This document shows, piece by piece, positions 9,501-19,056 of a DNA stretch of 64,000 nt (position 1 is its first letter; every line of letters begins with the position of its first letter). Where the stretch lies: contig CAYPAX010000002.1 of NCBI GenBank assembly GCA_964408735.1, positions 10,921-74,920 on the forward strand, read 5' to 3'. The translations under genes and the position numbers were made by a program. The stretch is from an uncultured Rhodospirillaceae bacterium. Lineage in GTDB: Bacteria; Pseudomonadota; Alphaproteobacteria; UBA7887. Below the pieces are notes generated by a model that searched no databases, was not told where the DNA came from, and saw only the letters and a list, made by a program, of their open reading frames with translations.

Positions 9501-10922
9501 CGCGCGATCGCCTATGCGCGTCTCGGCCGCATGGCCGAAGCGCGGGCGGCGGCGGCGCGCGCAGCCGAGGTCTATCCCGGCTTCTCGATCGAGGCCCAGC
9601 GTGCCGAGCTGCAAAAATATAATTTCGAAGAGTCACTCATCGCCGACACTCTCGGCGCCCTCCGTCTCGCCGGGGTGCCGGAGACGCCGCCGGCGCCGGC
9701 GCGGCCGGTGATTGTCGTGCTGCCGTTCGACAATATGGGCGGCGATGGGAGCCAGGACTTTTTCGCCGACGGCATTACCGAGGATATCACCACGCGGCTG
9801 TCGCGCTTTGCTGACCTTGCCGTGATCGCGCGCAACTCGGCCTTCCAGTACAAGGGCCAGGCCGTGGATGTGGAGGCCGTGGCGGCCGAGCTTGGCGCCG
9901 ACTATGTGGTGGAGGGAAGCGTGCGGCGCTCGCAGGACCGCGTGCGCGTCACCGCCCAGCTCCTCGAAGCCGGCGCCGCCACCCACCTCTGGGCCGAGAC
10001 CTACGACCGCGACCTGACGGCCGGCGACGTCTTCGACATCCAGGACGAGATCACCGACTCCATCGTCGGCGTCATAGCCGGTGTCCACGGTGTGATTTCC
10101 CGCTCCGGTGCAGCCGATGCCCGTCGGCGCCCCGAAAGCCTCGACACCTATGACTGTTTGTTGCTCGCCTATGCTTATGACCGTCAAGTGACCGCCGAGG
10201 CGTTCCACGCCGGAAAACAGTGCCTCGACGCAGTGCTGGCGCGCGAGCCGGATTATGTCGATGCTCTGTCCGCATTTACCTATCTCGCGGCCGACGGCTC
10301 CACCATGGGCTGGGGTGGACTGACGGACGACGAGCGTGAGGCCCTATTGGCCGAGGCCCTTGCGACGGGCCACCGTGCCATCACCTTGGCACCGGATGAC
10401 GCCAAGAGCCAGTGGACTCTCGCTTATGCCAAATTCGTCGCCGGCGACGTGCCCGGCTTCCGGGCTCACGCCGAGCAGGCCATGACGCTCAACCGGAACG
10501 ATGCGGACGTTAAGGGCTATGCCGGATTGTTGCTGGCTTTCGCTGGCGACTACGATCGGGGCCTTGAGCTGCTCGAAGAAGCTTTCGCCCTCAACCCGCA
10601 TCATCCCCAATGGTGGCAATTTGGTGTGGCGACCGCGCATTGGGCCGATGGCCGCTACGAGGAAGCCCTGGCCGCCGTCCGCAAAGTGGATCAACCGGAC
10701 AGTTATTGGACGCACATATGGCGTGTCTTGGCTTTCACCGGCGTCGGCGACATGGACTCTGCTCGTGCGGCGGCCGCCGATCTGGAGCGCGTCTATCCCG
10801 GCTTTACCATCGCTGCCTATCGCGATGAGGTCGCCTATTGGCAGCTGAAGCCGGATCTTGTTGATAAGGCCATCGCCGCCCTACGCAAGGCCGGCCTGCC
10901 AGAGGGCGGCGACAGCGACTAG
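6576..10922 (+). CDS. Class III adenylate/guanylate cyclase with one TM segment and three tandem TolB-N-like plus TPR-like sensor modules (1448 aa)
   Basis: GTG start. The N-terminal CHD cyclase domain reads LAAILAADVVGYTRLM...GDSVLAVF...YGDGVNVAARLE. A hydrophobic segment follows (YAIIAAAAVVLIAAGLGV). Three ~404-aa modules then each begin P[AV]I[AV]VLPF.[DN]...FADG[IL]TE[DE][IL]T..L[SA]RF and end in TPR-like helices. Confidence 0.85.
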   Translation: MRAVAEDQSTRRLAAILAADVVGYTRLMRDDEQATIAALEACRAIFADAIATHGGRVVDMAGDSVLAVFETAGGAVEGALAIQQRLAAREEPEGRRMRYRIGVNSGDIVEKADGTVYGDGVNVAARLEGLAEPGAVCVSGSVYDSVEAHLDARFAYLGKQTVKNVDKPVRAYRVLEPGAEAPKAPRRRYAIIAAAAVVLIAAGLGVRWLTYVPPYSDMVTVTGEFTNDPVLAAPTGPAIAVLPFDDLSEDTGQGFFADGLTEDIITGLSRFSNLRVIARHSTFQYKGQAVDVREVGEALGVRYVLEGSVRRAGESLRVTAQLLDARDGTHLWAENYARDLSTADIFAIQDSIMERIVGTLGSSVGVISRALLEESAARYTDNLAAYDCVLRAYAYYDLATADEHLAVRTCLEEAVAQDPSYAEAWGWLAGMYQDEYKFAFNPRAEADDPLARAIAASRNAINADATSQVGYETLAGGHYFSGDIEQFRAAAERALSLNPNNSNTLAWMGFLTAYSGAWNRGIALLDKAVNLNPNHPSWYHVAYALHHYHKGNYEAALLAAKRYNLPGFYWHHLNLSMIYAQLGRLDEARAAVAELTKLYPGYADVARADLEKWFKDEALVTAMLEGLEKAGLFDEPEVTRPAIAVLPFANLGGDPAQAYFADGITEELTEALARFQGLSVTARTPTLQYKETTADVREIGQALGVGYVLEGSVRRDADTVGITAQLIDTADGAHLWSETYERDLIVGGIFAVQEDIADRVTVALTGRHGVLVERDLAEARQLAPESLEHYDCVLLASVYWEHAEQKTYPALLDCLEHAVESNPDYVDAWIALSEFYANDYELSIGARPDPASLALAAAERAVELAPRRHDAHGVKSNALFFLHQLDAFEKAGDVAVELNPSDPEILVLTGLHLVLVGKWEKGITLVHRAMELQPDHPTWWYFPTIWEHYHNGRYEAALADALKIDLEDYLWTHTARAIAYARLGRMAEARAAAARAAEVYPGFSIEAQRAELQKYNFEESLIADTLGALRLAGVPETPPAPARPVIVVLPFDNMGGDGSQDFFADGITEDITTRLSRFADLAVIARNSAFQYKGQAVDVEAVAAELGADYVVEGSVRRSQDRVRVTAQLLEAGAATHLWAETYDRDLTAGDVFDIQDEITDSIVGVIAGVHGVISRSGAADARRRPESLDTYDCLLLAYAYDRQVTAEAFHAGKQCLDAVLAREPDYVDALSAFTYLAADGSTMGWGGLTDDEREALLAEALATGHRAITLAPDDAKSQWTLAYAKFVAGDVPGFRAHAEQAMTLNRNDADVKGYAGLLLAFAGDYDRGLELLEEAFALNPHHPQWWQFGVATAHWADGRYEEALAAVRKVDQPDSYWTHIWRVLAFTGVGDMDSARAAAADLERVYPGFTIAAYRDEVAYWQLKPDLVDKAIAALRKAGLPEGGDSD
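7284..10919 (+). repeat. Intragenic tandem triplication: three ~1.21-kb modules (7284-8495, 8496-9704, 9705-10919) encoding residues 237-640, 641-1043 and 1044-1448
   Basis: Module boundaries were placed by hand at the recurring PAIAVLPF/PVIVVLPF motif. The modules are of equal length. Similarity is recognisable at DNA level and strong at protein level. Confidence 0.7.
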
Positions 10923-10930
10923 AGCGCCGC

Positions 10931-11398
10931 TCACTCCTCCGGATAGACCCCCCACAGAAACGCCCGCCGCATCCAGCCGCGATAGCTGTGCAGGGTGACC
11001 TCGCACCAGGCGCCGCGGCAGTCGTGCAGCCTGCCCTGGACGCGGGCCTCGGCGTGGGCCAGGGCCCGCGATGAGGGGTCGGGCCTGGCGTGCAGGGCGC
11101 GGCCGTCGCCTAGCACCAGCACCGTGCGCTTGCCGGACAGCATGGCCTTGTGCACCCAGCCCTCGGCGCCTTCGAAGTCGCGCACGCGGCGCCATTGCTC
11201 GAACTCGGCGACGATCTCCACCGGCATGGCCTCGCGCACGAACACCCAGGCCACGGGATAGCGCAGGCCGGGGCCGGTGCGCAGATTCACCTCGTCCGCA
11301 CCGAGGCTGACGAAACGCGGCAGCGGCAGGTCGCCATCGGCCCCTTGCAGGGGAGGCGATACAAAGAGGAGGGCGAATATTAGGGGCAAGAGGCGCAT
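10931..11398 (-). CDS. Secreted SH3b-like domain protein (hypothetical)
   Basis: 155 aa with a signal peptide (MRLLPLIFALLFVSPPLQG). It is convergent with the cyclase gene across a 9-bp gap. The domain assignment is weak. Confidence 0.45.
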   Translation of the reverse strand: MRLLPLIFALLFVSPPLQGADGDLPLPRFVSLGADEVNLRTGPGLRYPVAWVFVREAMPVEIVAEFEQWRRVRDFEGAEGWVHKAMLSGKRTVLVLGDGRALHARPDPSSRALAHAEARVQGRLHDCRGAWCEVTLHSYRGWMRRAFLWGVYPEE

Positions 11399-11472
11399 GA
11401 TACGTCGCCACTATAGCGCAAGCCCGCCCCCTGGTATAAACAAGCCCGGTCCCGAACGCCGGAGTTTCTTCG

Positions 11473-12462
11473 ATGCCCCGTAACAAGCCGCTCGTCGTGG
11501 TCACGCGCAAGCTCCCCGAGGTCATCGAGACGCGGATGATGGAGCTGTTCGACACCAAGCTCAATCACGACGACACGCCGATGGACCGCGACGCCCTGCA
11601 GGCCGCGATGGCCGAGGCCGACGTGCTGGTGCCTACCGTAACAGATCGTATCGATGCCGGAATGATCGCCCAGGCGGGCGAGCGCCTCAAGCTGATCGCC
11701 AGTTTCGGCGCCGGTGTCGACCACATCGATGTCGCCAGCGCCCACGCCCGCGGCATCACCGTTACCAACACCCCCGGCGTGCTTACCGAGGATACCGCCG
11801 ACATGACCATGGCGCTGATCCTCTCGGTGCCGCGGCGCCTGGCCGAAGGCGAGCGCCTGATGCGATCGGGGAACTGGGAGGGCTGGGGGCCGACCTCCAT
11901 GCTCGGGCGGCGCATCTGGGGCAAGCGCTTGGGCATCATCGGCATGGGCCGCATCGGCACGGCCGTGGCCCGGCGTGCCCGCGGCTTCGGCGTATCGATC
12001 CATTATCACAACCGCCGCCGGGTGCCGGACTCCCTCGAAGCCGAGCTCGAGGCGACCTATTGGGAGAGCCTCGATCAGATGCTGGCGCGCATGGACATCA
12101 TCTCGGTCAATTGCCCGCATACTCCGGCCACCTACCATCTGCTCTCGGCGCGCCGCCTCGGGCAGTTGCAGCCGCACGCCTATATCGTCAACACCTCGCG
12201 CGGCGAGGTCATCGACGAGGCGGCACTAACGCGCATGCTGCGCGAGGGCAAGCTGGCAGGCGCCGGGCTCGATGTCTTCGAGCACGAGCCGGCCGTCAAT
12301 CCCAAGCTCTTGGAACTCGAAAGCGTCGTGCTGCTGCCCCACATGGGCTCGGCGACCCTCGAAGGGCGCACCGATTCGGGCGAAAAGGTGATCGTCAACA
12401 TCAAGACCTTCGTCGATGGTCACGCGCCGCCCGACCGCGTGCTGGCGACGGCCACGGTTTAG
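11473..12462 (+). CDS. D-isomer-specific 2-hydroxyacid dehydrogenase (glyoxylate/hydroxypyruvate reductase-like)
   Basis: 329 aa. NAD-binding GxGxxG (GIIGMGRIGTAVARRA) and the catalytic-region family motifs. Confidence 0.85.
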   Translation: MPRNKPLVVVTRKLPEVIETRMMELFDTKLNHDDTPMDRDALQAAMAEADVLVPTVTDRIDAGMIAQAGERLKLIASFGAGVDHIDVASAHARGITVTNTPGVLTEDTADMTMALILSVPRRLAEGERLMRSGNWEGWGPTSMLGRRIWGKRLGIIGMGRIGTAVARRARGFGVSIHYHNRRRVPDSLEAELEATYWESLDQMLARMDIISVNCPHTPATYHLLSARRLGQLQPHAYIVNTSRGEVIDEAALTRMLREGKLAGAGLDVFEHEPAVNPKLLELESVVLLPHMGSATLEGRTDSGEKVIVNIKTFVDGHAPPDRVLATATV

Positions 12463-12724
12463 AGCCTTATGTGGTTAGGTGGAATCGGTTTGATGGCCCA
12501 AGGTGGCCTTTCGGGCAGGAGCGGCGCGCTGGGCGATGCGGGGCATCGTTCAAGCGTAGCGACGCATCCGAAAAGCCTCATTGGGCCACCGCAGGCCGGC
12601 CTCAGCGACGCCCTGGCGGCGTTGCGCGTCTTGCCCGATGTCCCCGCATCGCGCGGCGACGCGCGCCTAGCCAGGACGGCGCTGAGACCGGTCAAACCGG
12701 TTCTACCTAATCACATAAGGCTCT
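12461..12724. mobile_element. MITE-like ~264-bp element bounded by 33-bp imperfect terminal inverted repeats
   Basis: Left repeat AGAGCCTTATGTGGTTAGGTGGAATCGGTTTGA (12461-12493). The reverse complement of the right repeat (12692-12724) is AGAGCCTTATGTGATTAGGTAGAACCGGTTTGA, a 30/33 match. The element exactly fills the gap between the dehydrogenase stop and the next gene's start. Confidence 0.5.
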
Positions 12725-12729
12725 AGCTC

Positions 12730-13626
12730 ATGAAAATCCTGAGACTTGCCGCCGGCCTCGCCTTGCTGGCAACGTCGGCCCTTGCCGACGGCCCGACGTC
12801 CGCCTGGCAGGCCAAGACCGCGACCTTGGAAGCTGTTCCCGATGCCATGAACCCGGCCTGTCGGCCCGAGGCCGAAGCCTGGCGGGCCCTGGTGGCGGAG
12901 ATCCTGGCCGCAGCCGATATGGCGCTGGTCGAGGATGCGGGCCTGCGTATCGACCTCGACGGGCTCGCCATGCCCGGGCCCCAGGAAGGGCTCTGCCATG
13001 TCGATATGAACTTCGCCATCGCATTGTCGCCCAATGCGGCGCCGGCGCCCGACACCCTGCCCGACCACGCCGGTCGCGTGCATGCCTGCCCGCGCGCCAT
13101 CACCCAGATCAGCCAAGAGCAGGCCACCGAGTTCTGGCGCGAGATGACGCGCCGCTGCCTCGCCGACTACCTGCAGGCGCGCCAGCTCAACGCCGGCGCG
13201 GCGAGTGCCGCCGAGCTCGGCAAGGACGGCAAGATCGCCTATCTGATGACGCTCAGCGGCATCGCCGTCGAGCTGCGCAACGGCCGCAACAAGATGCTGC
13301 TGGCGCTTCAGGACCGCCTGCGCCAGTTGGCGCCCAGTGTCGGCTCCGACGATGCCTCCGAGATCGAGGCGGCACTGGCGGCGCAGATCGATGACGCCTT
13401 GCCGAGTTTCTTCGAGACCTTGCGCCCTATCTATGACGCCCGCTTCACGGAGCCCGAGCTTGACGCCCTGATCGCCTTCTTCTCCAGCCCCGTCGGGCGC
13501 ACCATGATCCGCAGCGAGGCCGAGATCCGCAGCGAGATCATGTCCGCCTCGGCCGGCTGGTCGATGCAGACCATGCAGGCCGCCGTCGACACCCTGGAGC
13601 GCCTGGTCGCAGAGAAGGGGCTCTAA
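12730..13626 (+). CDS. Hypothetical periplasmic protein (signal peptide; possibly DUF2059-like)
   Basis: 298 aa. N-terminal reads MKILRLAAGLALLATSALA. It is Ala-rich and no catalytic motif was recognised. Confidence 0.5.
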   Translation: MKILRLAAGLALLATSALADGPTSAWQAKTATLEAVPDAMNPACRPEAEAWRALVAEILAAADMALVEDAGLRIDLDGLAMPGPQEGLCHVDMNFAIALSPNAAPAPDTLPDHAGRVHACPRAITQISQEQATEFWREMTRRCLADYLQARQLNAGAASAAELGKDGKIAYLMTLSGIAVELRNGRNKMLLALQDRLRQLAPSVGSDDASEIEAALAAQIDDALPSFFETLRPIYDARFTEPELDALIAFFSSPVGRTMIRSEAEIRSEIMSASAGWSMQTMQAAVDTLERLVAEKGL

Positions 13627-14045
13627 ACGAACACCACGCTGCCTTCGGCGCGGGCGTCGTTGAGGAAGGTAACGAGGCCGCCGAACTCGATGCCGAGGTC
13701 GTCGCGCAGGGCATCCTGCGCCATGTCGATGGCGGTCAGCCCCATGGTGCAGACCAGGAAGCGCACCCCCAGCGCGTGACAGGACTCGAGCAGCTCCGCG
13801 AAGCCGACGACATTGCGCGCTTGCAGGGTGGCGTCGCTTGCTGCGGCATCGCCGGCCAGGCCGTGCCAGCCGTCGTCCTTGGCGAGCGCACGGCTCGCCT
13901 CCATGGTGAAGAAGAGCGTCGCGGGGATGTCGATCGCGGCCGCGGCCGCGGCCATCGCCAGGGCGTAATGTACCTTGGCGAACTCACCCGAGAAGACGAC
14001 CAGCGACAGCTTCGCCGGGCGCGCGCCTTGGTCAGCCGGCGGCAT
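13623..14045 (-). CDS. DsrE/DsrF-like (TusD-like sulfur relay) family protein
   Basis: Conserved Cys context FLVCTMGL, about 140 aa from the ATG at 14045. The track ORF extends to 14090 and would overlap the upstream ThiF gene by 58 bp. Confidence 0.5.
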   Translation of the reverse strand: MPPADQGARPAKLSLVVFSGEFAKVHYALAMAAAAAAIDIPATLFFTMEASRALAKDDGWHGLAGDAAASDATLQARNVVGFAELLESCHALGVRFLVCTMGLTAIDMAQDALRDDLGIEFGGLVTFLNDARAEGSVVFV

Positions 14046-14838
14046 GGGCCGAGAGGTCGTGGATGGTCGCCTGGGCGCCGCATAAGTCACAAGCCGGGTC
14101 GGTGCGCACCTTGACCTTGCGGAAGGTGGTATTCAACGCGTCGAAGATCAGCAGGCTGCCCGACATGCTGTCGCCGATGCCCAGCAACTCCTTGATCACC
14201 TCGACCGCTTGTAGGGAACCCAGCGTGCCGGCCAGCGCGCCGAGCACGCCGCCCTCGGCGCAGCTCGGCACCAGCCCCGGCGGCGGCGGTGCCGGGAAGA
14301 TGCAGCGATAGCAGGGATTGTCGCCGCCGAGATGGGACTTGAACGTGCTGAGCTGGCCTTCGAAACGCAGGATCGCGGCGGAGACCAGGGTCTTGCCGGC
14401 GAGCCTGGCGGCGTCGTTGACGAGAAAGCGCGTCGGGAAATTGTCGCTGCCGTCGACCACCACATCATAGCCGGCGAACAGATCGAGGGCGTTGTCCGCC
14501 ACCAACCGCGTCTGGTGCGGCACCAGCCGCACCTCGGGATTGATGCGCTCGACGCTGGCTGCCGCACTCTCCACCTTGGCCACGCCCACACGGTCGCTGT
14601 CGTGCAGCACCTGGCGTTGCAGGTTCGACAGCGCCACCACGTCGTCGTCGACCACGCCGATGGTGCCGACGCCGGCCGCCGCGAGATAGAGGATCAGCGG
14701 CGAGCCGAGGCCGCCGGCGCCGATCACCAGCACGCGCGATTCCATCAGGCGTGCCTGACCGGTACCGCCGACCTCCGGCAGAATGATGTGTCGGGCGTAG
14801 CGCTCGACCTGCTCGTCGCTGAATTCCATACCGTCCAT
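14032..14838 (-). CDS. ThiF/MoeB/HesA family E1-like adenylyltransferase
   Basis: Nucleotide-binding motif VLVIGAGGLGSPLILYLAAAGVGTIGVVDDD and C-terminal CxxC pairs (CYRC...CDLC). At 268 aa it has no rhodanese domain. Confidence 0.8.
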   Translation of the reverse strand: MDGMEFSDEQVERYARHIILPEVGGTGQARLMESRVLVIGAGGLGSPLILYLAAAGVGTIGVVDDDVVALSNLQRQVLHDSDRVGVAKVESAAASVERINPEVRLVPHQTRLVADNALDLFAGYDVVVDGSDNFPTRFLVNDAARLAGKTLVSAAILRFEGQLSTFKSHLGGDNPCYRCIFPAPPPPGLVPSCAEGGVLGALAGTLGSLQAVEVIKELLGIGDSMSGSLLIFDALNTTFRKVKVRTDPACDLCGAQATIHDLSAHAAG

Positions 14839-14840
14839 TC

Positions 14841-15789
14841 TCAGTCGTCCAGGCCCTCGAACAATACCGTAGACAGATAGCGCTCGGCGAAGGAGGGAAT
14901 GATCACCACCATCAGCTTGCCCGCCATGTCGTCGCGGCTGCCGACGCGGACGGCGGCTTCCAAAGCGGCACCCGAGGAGATGCCGACGGGAAGGCCTTCG
15001 AGCGGCGCCAGCTTGCGTGCCATGGCGAAGGCCTCGTCGTTGCTCACCTGGACGATCTCGTCGATGACGTCGGTGTCGAGAATGTCGGGCACGAAGCCGG
15101 CGCCGATGCCCTGAATCTTGTGCGGCCCGGGCGAGCCGCCGGACAGCACCGGGCTGTCGACAGGCTCGACGGCGATCATCTGCACGGACGGCTTGCGCTC
15201 CTTGAGCACCTGGCCGCAGCCCGTGATGGTGCCACCGGTGCCGATGCCGCTGACCACCGCATCGACCGCGCCGCCGGTGTCGCGCCAGATCTCCTCTGCC
15301 GTTGTCTTGCGGTGGATCTCCGGATTGGCCGGGTTCTGGAACTGTTGCGGCATCACCGAGCCGGGGATTTCTTCCAGCAACTCGGTGGCGCGGGCGATGG
15401 CGCCGTTCATGCCTTTCGGACCCTCGGTCAGCACGATCTCGGCGCCGAGGAAACGCAGCATGCGGCGGCGCTCGATCGACATGGTCTCAGGCATGGTGAG
15501 GATCAGTCGGTAGCCCTTGGCGGCGGCGACGAAGGCGAGCGCGATGCCGGTATTGCCCGAGGTCGGCTCGACCAGGGTATGGCCCGGCTTGATTTGTCCC
15601 GACGCTTCCATGGCCTCGATCATCGAGACGCCGATGCGGTCCTTGACGCTGGCCAGCGGGTTGAAGAATTCGAGCTTGCCGACAAGGTCGGCCTTGCAGC
15701 CGGTCGCCTCGCGCAGCCGGGAAAGGCGCACCAGCGGGGTGTTGCCGATGGTCCCGGTAATGTCGTCGTGAATTCTCGCATCCGTCATC
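14841..15789 (-). CDS. cysK: Cysteine synthase (PLP-dependent, CysK/CysM family)
   Basis: Shows [16 protein letters not shown] (PLP lysine) and GTGGT motifs. The start was moved to ATG 15787-15789, preceded by GGAG. Confidence 0.85.
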
Positions 15790-15805
15790 GTGTTGTGACT
15801 CCTTG

Positions 15806-16264
15806 TTATGTCGATTTGCCTTGGCCCGTCGACCCGAAACCGCCTTCTCCCCGTGCGGTCTCGGGCAGGGCTTCGACCTCCTGCCATTCCAGTCGCGACA
15901 CCGGCGCCACCACCAATTGGGCGATACGCATGCCGCGGCTGATCGTTACCGGCTCGCTGCCGAGGTTGATCAGGATGACGCCGACCTCGCCGCGATAGTC
16001 CGCGTCGATGGTGCCCGGCGTATTGACCACGCTCAGTCCGTGGCGCAAGGCCAGACCCGAGCGCGGGCGGACCTGCGCCTCGTAACCGTCTTCGAGCGCG
16101 ATGGCGAGGCCCGTCGGTACCAGCGCGCGCTGCCCCTGTTTCAGCACCAGGTCGGCGTCTATCGCGGCGGGCAGGTCGACACCGGCGCTTTGTGCGCTTT
16201 CATAGGCTGGCAGGGCACCATCCAAGGCATGGGGCAGGCGGCGTACCGCCACGGCCACGCTCAT
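15806..16264 (-). CDS. dut: dUTP diphosphatase
   Basis: 152 aa with the dUTPase motifs ([31 protein letters not shown]; GFGSTG). Confidence 0.9.
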   Translation of the reverse strand: MSVAVAVRRLPHALDGALPAYESAQSAGVDLPAAIDADLVLKQGQRALVPTGLAIALEDGYEAQVRPRSGLALRHGLSVVNTPGTIDADYRGEVGVILINLGSEPVTISRGMRIAQLVVAPVSRLEWQEVEALPETARGEGGFGSTGQGKST

Positions 16265-17475
16265 ACGGCGATGCCCTTCTCGGCGATGGTCGCGGCGATG
16301 CGCTCGGCGAGCTTCGCCGCCACCGCCGCCTTGCTGGCCTTGGGCCAGGTCTCGACGCCGTCGCCGTCGATCACGTGCACCGTGTTCTCGCCGCCGCCGA
16401 AGACGCCATTTTCCGCTGAGACATCGTTGGCGACGATCCAGTCGCAGCCCTTGGCGAGGCGCTTGGCGGTGGCGTTTTCGACGACCTTCTCGGTCTCGGC
16501 GGCGAAGCCCACGACTAGCGTCGGGCGGCCCTTGGCGAGCCCGGCGAGGGTGGCGAGGATGTCGGGATTGGCCACCATGTCGAGGCTGCGCTCGGCCGTC
16601 TTGCCGCGCTTAACTTTCTGATTGGCCTGGCTGGCGGCGCGCCAGTCGGCGACCGCTGCGGCACAGACAGCGACATCCGCCGGCAAGGCGGCGCGGCAGG
16701 CGGCCAGCATCTGCTCCGCCGTCTCCACCCGCACCACCGTGGCGCCGGCGGGGTCGGGCAGCGCGGTCGGACCGCTGACTAAGGTCACGTCTGCGCCGAG
16801 CGCACCGAGCGCGCCGGCGATGGCATAGCCTTGCTTGCCCGACGAGCGATTGGCGATATAGCGCACCGGGTCGATGGGCTCGTGGGTCGGCCCGCCGGTG
16901 ACCAGCGCCCGCACCGCGCGCAAGGGCCCGGCAGCGCCAAACCGGCTCTCGATCGCGGCGACGATGGCAGCGGGCTCGGCCATGCGGCCCTCGCCAACCT
17001 CACCACAGGCGAGATCGCCGGGCTCCGGGCCGATATAGGCAATGCCGTCGGCCGCCAAGGTTGCCGCATTGCGCTGTGTCGCCGCGTGCTGCCACATCAT
17101 GGTGTTCATGGCCGGCGCGATCAGCACCGGCTTGTCGGTCGCCAGCAGCACCGTGCTGGCGAGATCGTCCGCCAGGCCTGCCGCCATCTTGGCCATCAGG
17201 TCGGCGCTGGCCGGCGCCACCACCACCAGGTCCGCTTCCCGCGACAGGCGGATGTGGCCCATCTCGGCTTCGTCGTTAAGCGAGAACAGATCCTCATACA
17301 CGGGCTCGCCGCTGAGCGCCGACATCGACAGCGGTGTGACGAACTGGCTTCCGCCGCGCGTCAGCACGCAGCGCACTGCCGCGCCGCGGTCTCGCAGGCG
17401 ACGGATCAGCTCGAGGCTCTTATAGGCCGCGATACCGCCCGAGACGATGAGAAGAATGCGTTTTCCGTCAAGCAT
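16261..17475 (-). CDS. coaBC: Bifunctional phosphopantothenoylcysteine decarboxylase / phosphopantothenate-cysteine ligase
   Basis: 404 aa. The N-terminal flavoprotein domain begins [13 protein letters not shown]; the CoaB domain follows. There is a 4-bp overlap with dut. Confidence 0.9.
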   Translation of the reverse strand: MLDGKRILLIVSGGIAAYKSLELIRRLRDRGAAVRCVLTRGGSQFVTPLSMSALSGEPVYEDLFSLNDEAEMGHIRLSREADLVVVAPASADLMAKMAAGLADDLASTVLLATDKPVLIAPAMNTMMWQHAATQRNAATLAADGIAYIGPEPGDLACGEVGEGRMAEPAAIVAAIESRFGAAGPLRAVRALVTGGPTHEPIDPVRYIANRSSGKQGYAIAGALGALGADVTLVSGPTALPDPAGATVVRVETAEQMLAACRAALPADVAVCAAAVADWRAASQANQKVKRGKTAERSLDMVANPDILATLAGLAKGRPTLVVGFAAETEKVVENATAKRLAKGCDWIVANDVSAENGVFGGGENTVHVIDGDGVETWPKASKAAVAAKLAERIAATIAEKGIAV

Positions 17476-17541
17476 TTGCCATGTTCCTGCCGGAGGCGAA
17501 TACGCTAGTGCATTCCGGCAATCAAGGAAACCTTCACGCGC

Positions 17542-19050
17542 TCACGACAGCGTTAACACCACGGCCATGAGAACAGCGCCGGTGCCGAACGCCAACAATA
17601 GTGGCCAGGTCGAGGTGCGTCGCCGGGCCGCCCGCTCGTCCCAGGCCGCCAGCCTGTCGAGCGCTTCCTCCGCCCGCTGGGCCAGGCCCGGCAGGCGCTG
17701 GACGAAGCCGACGGCGCTCTCGGCACCTGCCTTGGCCCGCGCACCGGGGCCGAGATGGCTCGCCATCCAGGCCTCCGTCAGGGGGCGTGCCAGCTCCCAC
17801 ATATTGGCTTGCGGGTAAAGTTCTCTGCCCACGCCTTCGGCCACCACCATCACCTTCTGCAGAAGCAGCAGATGCGGTTGGGTGCGCATGCCGAAAGTCT
17901 CGGTGACCTGGAAAAGCTGGCCGAGCAGGCGGCCCAGCGAAATCTCCGCCGTCGGCAGACCCAGGATAGGCTCGCCGATAGAGCGGATGGCCTGGGTGAA
18001 AGCGCCGCGATCCTTGTCCGCCGGCACATAGCCGGCGCGGAAATGGACCTCCGCGACGGCCGCGTAATCGCCATTCAGGAAGCCCATCAGCATTTCCGCC
18101 AGATAACGCCGGGTGGCATCGTCCAGCCGCCCCATGATGCCGAAATCCACGGCCCATATATTGCCGTCCCCGGCGACGAACAGATTGCCCTGGTGGGGAT
18201 CGCCGTGGAAGAAGCCGTCGCGGAAGACCTGATTGAAGGTGGCGCGGGCGGCTTTCTCCAGCACGGCAAGCGGATCGTGCCCGGCCTCGATCAGGGCCTC
18301 GCGGCGATCGACCGGGGTGCCGTGCACGCGGGCGCTGGTCAGCACGCGGCGCGCCGTGCGCGGCCAATCGATGGCGGGAATGTTGAAGCTGTCGTCCTCG
18401 TTAAAGCTCGCCGCCATTTCCGAGGCGGCGGCGCCTTCGAGGCGCAGATCCATCTCGATCGCCACCATGTCGGCGACCGTGCGCACCGATTCGACCGGGC
18501 GCAATCGCCGCAGGCGCGGCTGCGTGCGCTCGATCAGCTCCGCCAGCCAGAACAGCAGGTCGAGGTCGCGCTGGAAGGCTCTTTCGATGCCGGGGCGCAG
18601 GATCTTCACCGCCACCTCGCGGCTGTCGCTGGTGGTGGCGAAATGCACCTGGGCGATGGATGCCGCCGCCACCGCCCTATCGTCGAACTCGGCAAACAGC
18701 TCTTCGACCGGCTGGCCAAGCTCATCGATGAGCACCTGGCGTGCCTCAGCCGCCGGGAAGGGCGGCAACCTGTCGCGCAGCATGGCGAGATCCTCGGCCA
18801 CCTCGGCGCCGATCAGATCGGCGCGGGTCGACATGGCCTGGCCGAGCTTGATGAAGCCCGGACCCAGCGCCACCGCCGCATCGGCGAGCCTTTGCCCGAG
18901 CCGTCTGCCATCCGCCTTGGGCCGGACCAACCAGCGCAAGGGTCGCACCAGCCACGGCGCGGTATCAGCCAGCGGCTCCAGCGCATCGTGGCGCGCCAGC
19001 ACCCGTGCGATGACAACAAGCCGCCAAAGATTTCGTGGGGTCCGAAACAT
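17542..19050 (-). CDS. ubiB: Ubiquinone biosynthesis protein kinase-like UbiB
   Basis: 502 aa ABC1/UbiB family protein ([10 protein letters not shown]...; [11 protein letters not shown]) with a C-terminal TM segment. Confidence 0.9.
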   Translation of the reverse strand: MFRTPRNLWRLVVIARVLARHDALEPLADTAPWLVRPLRWLVRPKADGRRLGQRLADAAVALGPGFIKLGQAMSTRADLIGAEVAEDLAMLRDRLPPFPAAEARQVLIDELGQPVEELFAEFDDRAVAAASIAQVHFATTSDSREVAVKILRPGIERAFQRDLDLLFWLAELIERTQPRLRRLRPVESVRTVADMVAIEMDLRLEGAAASEMAASFNEDDSFNIPAIDWPRTARRVLTSARVHGTPVDRREALIEAGHDPLAVLEKAARATFNQVFRDGFFHGDPHQGNLFVAGDGNIWAVDFGIMGRLDDATRRYLAEMLMGFLNGDYAAVAEVHFRAGYVPADKDRGAFTQAIRSIGEPILGLPTAEISLGRLLGQLFQVTETFGMRTQPHLLLLQKVMVVAEGVGRELYPQANMWELARPLTEAWMASHLGPGARAKAGAESAVGFVQRLPGLAQRAEEALDRLAAWDERAARRRTSTWPLLLAFGTGAVLMAVVLTLS

Positions 19051-19056
19051 CTTTGC

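Noticed and set aside
12459-12726. Two mirror-image small ORFs (78 and 85 aa) both ending in ...NHIRL
   Set aside because: Their symmetry is a direct consequence of the 33-bp terminal inverted repeats of the MITE-like element. They are not independent coding evidence.
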